Source of the DNA: an uncultured Candidatus Saccharibacteria bacterium
Lineage (GTDB): Bacteria; Patescibacteriota; Minisyncoccia; Phycocordibacterales; UBA2100
Direction: 5' to 3'
NCBI GenBank assembly: GCA_964362175.1
Contig: CAYIDD010000001.1
Location: forward strand, 569-64,568
DNA length: 64,000 nt
The notes below the pieces were generated by a model. The model did not search any database. It was not told the DNA's origin and worked only from the letters and a program-made list of their open reading frames with translations. The position numbers and the translations under genes are program-made. Positions 57,690 through 64,000 of this stretch are shown here, piece after piece. The number at the start of each line of letters is the position of its first letter. Position 1 is the stretch's first letter.

Positions 57690-58337
57690 CTACGCCGCCT
57701 CCTGAAACTCAACGCGATTCCTGCCCCCCTCCTTCGCTTTGTACAAAGCCGTGTCCGCACGGTCGATCCCCGGTTGGATATCCTCGACACTCGTAACTTG
57801 AGCTACCCCAAAACTCATCGTCACGGGTATGGCCTGTCCATCCCATGGCACCGAAAGTTTTTCTATGCCACTCCGCAATTCCTCGGCCCTCTCTCTCGCC
57901 TGGATCTTATCGCCATCCATGAAGAGGATGATGAACTCTTCTCCTCCCCAGCGCGCAACGATGTCAGTGCCGCGCACACGATCTTTTAGGTATGCCCCCA
58001 TGCTTCGCAAAACCTGGTCTCCCGCAGAATGACCCTTGGTGTCGTTGATGTTTTTGAATTTATCTATGTCCATGAGAACGACCCATGCGGTCCTCACAGG
58101 AGCGTCCCCCTCTCTCTGACTTTTTTCAATGTTGACGAGCTCTTTCTGCATACGATCTTCGAAGGCGCGGCGGTTGGGCAACTCGGTGAGTACGTCGGTC
58201 TCAGCCTTTTCCGCGAGCCCCGCTACTTTTTCCTGAAGTTGCGCGCTTCTCCGCTTGAATATCTGTGCCTCGCGCATCGCCTTGACGGCCTTGGCATCAT
58301 ATTTCCCCCTTCCTCCTTCCATGCTGTCCTCGCTCAT
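57690..58337 (-). CDS. Diguanylate cyclase (GGDEF)
   Basis: D.LT.L.NRR, DIDKFK.IND..GH..GD, RGTD I-site, RWGGEEF. Confidence 0.93.
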   Translation of the reverse strand: MSEDSMEGGRGKYDAKAVKAMREAQIFKRRSAQLQEKVAGLAEKAETDVLTELPNRRAFEDRMQKELVNIEKSQREGDAPVRTAWVVLMDIDKFKNINDTKGHSAGDQVLRSMGAYLKDRVRGTDIVARWGGEEFIILFMDGDKIQARERAEELRSGIEKLSVPWDGQAIPVTMSFGVAQVTSVEDIQPGIDRADTALYKAKEGGRNRVEFQEAA

Positions 58338-58359
58338 ACAAAAAAGTGTACCGCAAAAC

Positions 58360-59007
58360 TTACCTCCCCGCACTCGGTACCTTCTCCCACTTATTCGCCT
58401 TCATGTGCCATGCCGCTGGACTGGCCTTTTGTATCTTGTTCCACATCTTTTTTGCCGTTTTCGTGTAAAGTTTGGTATCGCGCACGAATTTCCGCATCTT
58501 TTTCCACTTGGCGGGAAGTTTGTGTCCCTGCTCCTCGTATTCTTTCAACTCGATATCGATATCAAGGTTATCCGCGTCTTTCACGATCTTGGCCTCAATG
58601 GAATCGCGCTCTGCATACTTCATGAGCACATTTTCCAGATCGCCAAGCGTTGTGTCCTCGAAAAGGTCGTGTGCAGCACGCGCCTCGTCGCTCTTTGAAT
58701 ACACTTTGTGGACATATGCCATGTCGGCAGTGCGCGTCTCCGCAATATCGTGCACGAGTGCCATCCGGATAATAGTATTCTCGTCGCCTCTTTTTTCCTC
58801 GCGGGCGATCATGAGCGCGAGGTATATAACACGAACGGTGTGTTCCCAATTGCTGGCGACCGGCACCCCAAGGTGTTGTATCCACGCCCGCGGTATAAAA
58901 CGGGCCGAGCCGATCTCAAACAGAAATTCGAGATCACGGCTTTTTCCGCCGAAGACGGATCCGCCTTCGGCGGACACGTGAGATGATCCTTTCCCGACGG
59001 GATCCAT
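58360..59007 (-). CDS. HD-domain (YfbR/HD_3-like) phosphohydrolase
   Basis: R.W..S..EH, ALVHDIAE.RT.D, KDAD.LD. Confidence 0.88.
   Translation of the reverse strand: MDPVGKGSSHVSAEGGSVFGGKSRDLEFLFEIGSARFIPRAWIQHLGVPVASNWEHTVRVIYLALMIAREEKRGDENTIIRMALVHDIAETRTADMAYVHKVYSKSDEARAAHDLFEDTTLGDLENVLMKYAERDSIEAKIVKDADNLDIDIELKEYEEQGHKLPAKWKKMRKFVRDTKLYTKTAKKMWNKIQKASPAAWHMKANKWEKVPSAGR
58945..58974. repeat. 30-nt palindromic element inserted in frame in the HD gene
   Basis: TCCGCCGAAGGCGGATCCGTCTTCGGCGGA (minus strand) encodes SAEGGSVFGG. Confidence 0.8.
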
Positions 59008-59027
59008 GCTCGGCAGTATATCCCAAA

Positions 59028-59198
59028 CTACTTCATCCGCACTCCCTTGAATGCGCGGCCTTTCTTGGCGATCTGGTCCATAAATTTGCCCGTCTTCGCG
59101 TCCACCTTGGTCCAGCGCTTGTTGCGCCCGCTCAAGACCTGCGTACGCTTCTTCACTTCCCCTCTGCGTCCATGTCCTTTTGATCCGTTCCTCGCCAT
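59028..59198 (-). CDS. Small basic protein (56 aa)
   Basis: MARNGSKGHGRRGEVKKRTQV..RWTKVDAKTGKFMDQ..AFKGVRMK; below the ORF-track cutoff; TAAAAT before the ATG. Confidence 0.75.
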   Translation of the reverse strand: MARNGSKGHGRRGEVKKRTQVLSGRNKRWTKVDAKTGKFMDQIAKKGRAFKGVRMK

Positions 59199-59238
59199 GT
59201 TTGAATTTTATATACCGGTTACATTACGTAAAGCCCAC

Positions 59239-59799
59239 TTATCCACCTGCTTGCCACACGGAAATAGCGGGAAATTGGTGGACGAGGTTGAGGACGTTGA
59301 GCGCGAGGTTATCGCGTATGGAGTAGAGAACGAACAGTTCGAGTCCCACACCGACGGCCACAACGCTCCATACGGGCATGCGCCATGCCATGATGAATCC
59401 GAGCACCATCGCGAGTGTATCCAAAACGGAATTGAGGATGCTATCGCCCGTGTATCCCTGTGCGAGTGCCTGCTCGCGGTAATGTTGTATGACCACTGGC
59501 GTATTTTCGATGATCTCCCACGCGACCTCTATACCGAGGGCCCAAAGGAGCCGCCGCCCAAAGGACATGCGTGGGAAAAAGTACCAGAGCCCGAGATAGA
59601 ACAAAAAACCGTGGATGATATGCGAAGAGGTATACCAATCAGTGAGATGCTGGGAATTTCCCGAACTTAGGACGACGCCCTCCCACACCTTCACGTACCC
59701 GCACTCGCAGATCGCAGGCTGGCCCAGTATGTAGAGGACAACGGCCTGCAGAGCAATGAGGAGAAAGGCAAAGCCGATGTAGGGGCGCATTTCTGCCAT
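59239..59799 (-). CDS. DUF2585 family membrane protein
   Basis: ICECG, NSQHLTDWYT.SH..HG, WEI.EN, Y.GDS..NS, IRDNL.LN. Confidence 0.9.
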   Translation of the reverse strand: MAEMRPYIGFAFLLIALQAVVLYILGQPAICECGYVKVWEGVVLSSGNSQHLTDWYTSSHIIHGFLFYLGLWYFFPRMSFGRRLLWALGIEVAWEIIENTPVVIQHYREQALAQGYTGDSILNSVLDTLAMVLGFIMAWRMPVWSVVAVGVGLELFVLYSIRDNLALNVLNLVHQFPAISVWQAGG

Positions 59800-59896
59800 G
59801 TACCCCAGTGTACCGCACTGTACCCACACCACCCTTCCCCCGGTATACCAAAGCGCTATACTGATGACAGAATCTTTTATCACTAAAATATTACGT

Positions 59897-60265
59897 ATGG
59901 ACGAACAAATGCAGGGTCAATCGCAAGGACAGCCGCAAGGGGCGCCTCAAATGCATCAGGCGAAACCTGAGCATAAGACGCTCATGGGGGTCTTGGCCTA
60001 TGTCGGCATCCTCATTATCATTCCCTTCCTTATGGCCAAGGACGATCCGTTCGTGAAATTCCACATCAAGCAGGGCCTGTTGCTCGTCATTGTGGAGATC
60101 GCGGTGTGGGTCATCGGTAGCACCATGTGGCAGCTGTGGACCATTCTCAGTCTGGTCAACCTTGCGAGCCTTGTCTTCTCGATCATCGGCATCGTGAATG
60201 TCGTCCAGGGCCAGCAAAAGGAGCTTCCTCTCATAGGCGCGCTCGCCCACAAATTCACGTTCTAG
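59897..60265 (+). CDS. DUF4870 family membrane protein
   Basis: LAY...FVKFHIKQG...LPLIG. Confidence 0.85.
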   Translation: MDEQMQGQSQGQPQGAPQMHQAKPEHKTLMGVLAYVGILIIIPFLMAKDDPFVKFHIKQGLLLVIVEIAVWVIGSTMWQLWTILSLVNLASLVFSIIGIVNVVQGQQKELPLIGALAHKFTF

Positions 60266-60271
60266 ACCGGT

Positions 60272-60799
60272 CTAGCCGTACACAACAACGACCCGACGCA
60301 GCTCTGCGCGGGTCGTTGCGTGTTGGGGGATCGCGTGCGCCACGAGAGCCCAAAATTTCTTTCCGTGGTTCATTTCGGCGCAATGGCATAATTCGTGGAC
60401 AATGATGTAGTCCGCGATATGCGGAGATAAAACCGCGATCTTGAAATTGAAACTGAGGCTGCCGCTGCGAGAACAGCTTCCCCAGCGCGTCTTTTGCGCA
60501 CGTATGGAGATTTTCTTGTATGTAAGCCCGTAGATGGAGGCAAAATGTATGCAGCGCGCGCTCGCAAGCGCGAGCGCGCGCTTTTTGAGCATTGGTATGT
60601 CACTTCTCCGTATCCGTATGACCGTGCGCCTCCTCGCCCGCTCAACATGCCGAGATATCCAATCCGAATGCTTCGTGACGAAGCGCTCTATGGCACCGGA
60701 TCCGAAGAAATACGGTGCCGTGACGACGACACGCGCATCAGGATACACGGCGAGGCGCATCGTGCGAGCGCGACTGCTTCGTTTCAACGTATACTCCAT
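60272..60799 (-). CDS. YgjP/DUF45 metallopeptidase-like protein
   Basis: KTRWGSCS, YIIVHELCH..NH..FW. Confidence 0.9.
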   Translation of the reverse strand: MEYTLKRSSRARTMRLAVYPDARVVVTAPYFFGSGAIERFVTKHSDWISRHVERARRRTVIRIRRSDIPMLKKRALALASARCIHFASIYGLTYKKISIRAQKTRWGSCSRSGSLSFNFKIAVLSPHIADYIIVHELCHCAEMNHGKKFWALVAHAIPQHATTRAELRRVVVVYG

Positions 60800-61752
60800 G
60801 ACCCTTGGAACGATCCGGAGGAACACTGCGCATTCAGCGCCGTGATGTCGTCTTGCGCGAGCCTCATGTTCTTACCCTGGTTTATCTTGTACATGATCGC
60901 CTCCGGGTCGGCGACATGCTCAACGCCGAGCACGTGCCCCATCTCGTGCGCCAAGACCCGCACCAAAGCACTGCGACTTGAGTACTCGTAGATATCTATC
61001 TTTTGTTTTCCGGCAGAGCTCTCGTAGACGCCCTCCTCAAATTCACCTTGCGCGGCACCTGCCTGATTGTATTGCTCCACGTTCAGATTGAGCTGCACGA
61101 TGAGCTGATTCAATGTCGTCGCGAGTGCGTTCAGGGTCTGGATATTGCTATTGAGCTGCCCCTGCACCATATTCAACTCTTCCACTTCCCTCTGTAGTAC
61201 CGCCTTCTTCTGTTCCAACTGTTCGTACACGCGCGGCGGTGCTCCGCCGCGCGTATTCCACGATGCGACCTCCGCATTGTAGGCAGATTCATGAATTTTA
61301 TATGCGGCGGCATCCCGCTGATACTGCGCTTGCTGCGCCTCCACCAGTGCCGAGAGCGAATCGTATTTCTGCTTAAGCGTATCGTATGTGGACTTGCTTC
61401 TGTCTATCTGTATGCCGACGTCTTGCAGCCGATCGGTCGAGGCTTGCCGCTCGTCATACACGAGATTGACGGTCACGTCGCCTCCCGAGACCGCATACTC
61501 AAAGAGATCTTTGTCTGAGCTCTTCTCCCAGATGCTCTCTGCTTCGACAAGATCTGCAACGAGGCTTTTTTCTGAGATGCCAAAGCGCTTGTCGATGCTG
61601 CCGAGAGAATAGGTTATGGGGGAGCGGCACGGAAAGACTTTGGCTTTGAGCTGGTGCGCGATCACGCGCACTTCCTCCTGATGGAAATAGCCCCAATACC
61701 CCGCCACGCCGAGTGCTGCTACGAGAACAACGATATCTATGGACCGCCGCAT
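60784..61752 (-). CDS. Matrixin-family metalloprotease with coiled-coil insert
   Basis: TM anchor; HEMGHVLGVEH and Met-turn AIMY. Confidence 0.88.
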   Translation of the reverse strand: MRRSIDIVVLVAALGVAGYWGYFHQEEVRVIAHQLKAKVFPCRSPITYSLGSIDKRFGISEKSLVADLVEAESIWEKSSDKDLFEYAVSGGDVTVNLVYDERQASTDRLQDVGIQIDRSKSTYDTLKQKYDSLSALVEAQQAQYQRDAAAYKIHESAYNAEVASWNTRGGAPPRVYEQLEQKKAVLQREVEELNMVQGQLNSNIQTLNALATTLNQLIVQLNLNVEQYNQAGAAQGEFEEGVYESSAGKQKIDIYEYSSRSALVRVLAHEMGHVLGVEHVADPEAIMYKINQGKNMRLAQDDITALNAQCSSGSFQGSWSIR

Positions 61753-61764
61753 CGCGTCAGGATA

Positions 61765-62028
61765 TCACCCGCGGTGCACTCTGTTCCATACTGTCGCCAG
61801 AGCGTAGCCTACACAATAGCCGACGATGGTCGTCATAATGACGAGCGTGATGAACGCGGTGACATCGAAGGGACCGATGATAACGGCAACGTGGATCATA
61901 TGCGCCCAGAGAACAAAATCATAGAGCGCCTGCCCCATACCGGTGGCGACCAAGATCGACCAGATTAAATGAAACCCGCCAAAAAGCACTCCGCCTACGA
62001 GCCCTACCTTGCCTGGATTCATGTGCAT
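61765..62028 (-). CDS. Small membrane protein
   Basis: HLIWSILVA.G.GQ...HMI; two to three TM helices. Confidence 0.8.
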   Translation of the reverse strand: MHMNPGKVGLVGGVLFGGFHLIWSILVATGMGQALYDFVLWAHMIHVAVIIGPFDVTAFITLVIMTTIVGYCVGYALATVWNRVHRG

Positions 62029-62128
62029 ACAAAATAGTGTGAACGTATAATGCCTTCAGTATACCCCAAAAAAACATGCCACGGCGCGCGAACGCGCCGT
62101 GGCCTTGGTGAGATGGGGGTCTTCCTTC

Positions 62129-62308
62129 CTAAACTTGGGCCTCAGTCCGTGTCGTGATAAAGATCACGGTCACGCCGCTGCCTCTGTTCTTCCTCCGCGC
62201 TTTCGCGCTGAGCCGCTTCGTGTCCAGCCATCTGCTGGGCGATCTGGATGATCTCATTCTCACCACTTTCCGACTGCACTGGCAAAATTCTCCCCTTTTT
62301 GAACGCAT
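62129..62308 (-). CDS. Possible small basic protein
   Basis: TTGACA-16-TAGAAT upstream (~62384-62411), hairpin at 62078-62103 downstream; start uncertain. Confidence 0.35.
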   Translation of the reverse strand: MRSKRGEFCQCSRKVVRMRSSRSPSRWLDTKRLSAKARRKNRGSGVTVIFITTRTEAQV

Positions 62309-62438
62309 CCTCTCAATTCCAGAACGCCGAGAAAGTCCCCTAGGGGACACTGCTCACACGATCAGGAGCGAGGATGTGTGTGCATTCTAGCAATTTTCTC
62401 CAAATTGTCAAAAAATGCCCCTGTTGATATCCGAAACA

Positions 62439-62618
62439 TTATTTTCTTTTGGGGATCTTGGCACCCGCACGGCGCACCTCGGAGAGGCCGATGGCTATCG
62501 CCTGCTTGCGGCTCACCACCCGTCTTCTGCTTTTCCCCGAGCGCAAAACACCGCGCTTCCACTCGCGCATCACGATACCCACCTTTTTTTGCGCCTTTGC
62601 CCCGTATTTCCGCGCCAT
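62439..62618 (-). CDS. DUF6496 family protein
   Basis: KV..VM.EWK.G.LRSG..V.SRKQAIAIGLSE.R..G. Confidence 0.85.
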   Translation of the reverse strand: MARKYGAKAQKKVGIVMREWKRGVLRSGKSRRRVVSRKQAIAIGLSEVRRAGAKIPKRK

Positions 62619-62628
62619 ACACACGTAA

Positions 62629-62766
62629 TTAACCCGCTAAACCGACGAGACCTTTGAAGAAATCGAGGAAGAGGGTGAGGGCGGAAATGATGAAATTGAC
62701 AAAAAGGGTGAGGAATTGCAGCAAGAACGCCAGCACCGCACCCAATACGACCGTAAGCGCTTCCAT
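62629..62766 (-). CDS. Small hydrophobic protein (45 aa)
   Basis: MEALTVVLGAVLAFLLQFLTLFVNFIISALTLFLDFFKGLVGLAG; TAGAAT 6 nt before the ATG. Confidence 0.6.
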   Translation of the reverse strand: MEALTVVLGAVLAFLLQFLTLFVNFIISALTLFLDFFKGLVGLAG

Positions 62767-62861
62767 CCCAAAATTCTAGCATATTCCCCTTGGGGCCATC
62801 CGACCAATCCCCCATTCAAATGGTTTCCGACCCCTTTCCCTTTGGGAATCTGCAAACTCGT

Positions 62862-63728
62862 TTACTTGGGATCAGCGCTGCGATACCCCGTCACAAACCA
62901 CGTGCTCGACGGCATCCATACACCATGATCTTTTTTATACGGTTCTAGCTTCTTAGCAACGTCCGCTTTGATTTCATCCATTTTAGTTTCAGCGGCTTTA
63001 CCCGAGAGCCGGATGACTTCCCCGGCAGGTCCAATTGCGAGCGCAAACTCCATTGCCTCCTCTGGATCTTTACCTATCTTCATATCGATGTCATGTCGCT
63101 CGAGAGAGATGCGCTCAAACCCAGCGTTTTTCATCCACCTACTGGTATCATCTGCGTCTGCCATCGAGAAAGGGCCGGGACCGCAGGTTGGTGCGTTTGA
63201 CTCCGGCTCTCCAAGGTACGAGCGGACGATTTTCTCTGCTTCATGCAGCCAGCCGTTATCCTTCTTTTGCCGCCACACCACCATGGTCATTCTTCCTCCT
63301 GGTTTAAGCGAATTACAGATATTTCTGAGTGCGACCGTTGCATCTGAAAAAAACATAGTGCCAAAGCGGGCAAACGCGAGGTCGTACGGCCCCCCGAGGT
63401 CATCGACCTGCACGTCTTTAACATCAAATGTCACGTTCCCTTCTTTGTCGGCATAGTGCTCTTTGGCATACGCAATGAAATTAGGCGAACAATCCACGCC
63501 GTAGGCGCTTCCGGTGATCTTAGCTATCTCGGCAGTTCCATCTCCAAAGCCACACCCGATATCGATTACTTTCTGACCCCTTGTAGGCTTAATGCGATCG
63601 AGTGCTACAGTCCCGTGGACTGCAAGGCCGTCGAGGAAGATATATCGGAAGCGACTAAACTTTTCAAAAAGCACACCGTCCCACGCCTCAATAATGATGT
63701 CATTCTCACTTTGTTTCTTTTTAGTCAT
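62862..63728 (-). CDS. Class I SAM-dependent methyltransferase
   Basis: VIDIGCGFG, RFGTMFF, LKPGGR. Confidence 0.9.
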   Translation of the reverse strand: MTKKKQSENDIIIEAWDGVLFEKFSRFRYIFLDGLAVHGTVALDRIKPTRGQKVIDIGCGFGDGTAEIAKITGSAYGVDCSPNFIAYAKEHYADKEGNVTFDVKDVQVDDLGGPYDLAFARFGTMFFSDATVALRNICNSLKPGGRMTMVVWRQKKDNGWLHEAEKIVRSYLGEPESNAPTCGPGPFSMADADDTSRWMKNAGFERISLERHDIDMKIGKDPEEAMEFALAIGPAGEVIRLSGKAAETKMDEIKADVAKKLEPYKKDHGVWMPSSTWFVTGYRSADPK

Positions 63729-63835
63729 TGGCAAAGTGTAGCAAAGATTGCGATATTAAACACCTATGTTCGCTCTCGGGAATCGAGCACAAGCAAGTCC
63801 CCTCCACCACCCCCCTTCAATGCACAAAAAATTAT

Positions 63836-64000
63836 TTACTTCAGCTCTATCGAGCCGGTACAGCGCCAGTTTATCTCAGCCGTTTTTGTCACTTCACTCA
63901 CGACACACGCCGGAGCACAGCCGGGCTTGATGGCATTTAAATTGGCGTCAAACCACCACGTTTGGGTATTTCTGTTGTGTGTGCCCGCTGCGAGCGCCTC
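63836..64000 (-). CDS. C-terminal part of a Cys-containing hypothetical protein, 5'-truncated by the window edge
   Basis: Open frame ..TWWFDANL..GCAPACVVSEVTKTAEINWRCTG..stop at 63836. Confidence 0.75.
   Translation of the reverse strand, partial: EALAAGTHNRNTQTWWFDANLNAIKPGCAPACVVSEVTKTAEINWRCTGSIELK

Noticed and set aside
1-64000. CRISPR array, prophage or IS element
   Set aside because: No regularly spaced repeat-spacer run and no cas, capsid, terminase, integrase or transposase motifs were recognised.
1-64000. Alternative genetic code (TGA readthrough)
   Set aside because: Conserved genes such as hisS, metK, murF and groES end at TGA at their expected lengths.

Overview
A gene-dense chromosomal stretch that reads in the standard bacterial code. 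The gene set and short intergenic spacing suggest a Patescibacteria/CPR (Parcubacteria-like) genome; this is inference. Core content: hisS, lepA, murJ, rnpB, class II RNR, htpX-lemA, groES-groEL, secG, rnj, mutY/nth, a murF-hydrolase-(DegT::FemX) operon, yvcK, maf, SAM-I riboswitch-metK, glmS, four tRNAs (Phe, Arg, Gly, Ser) and several secreted or surface proteins. I see no integrase, transposase, reverse transcriptase or CRISPR array. The most unusual signals are small and mostly non-coding: (1) all four tRNAs carry 110-130 bp hairpin elements at their 3' ends that contain direct or inverted copies of the tRNA's own end; (2) a ~92-nt hairpin family with covarying stems lies upstream of both tRNA-Gly and rnpB; (3) 30-nt palindromes are inserted in frame in glmS, an HD-domain gene and probably DUF192; (4) two alternative cargo haplotypes of the metK-glmS locus lie in tandem; (5) an AT-rich islet bounded by direct repeats sits at tRNA-Ser; (6) promoter architecture looks largely leaderless. 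Family assignments come from motif recognition by eye, not database searches.
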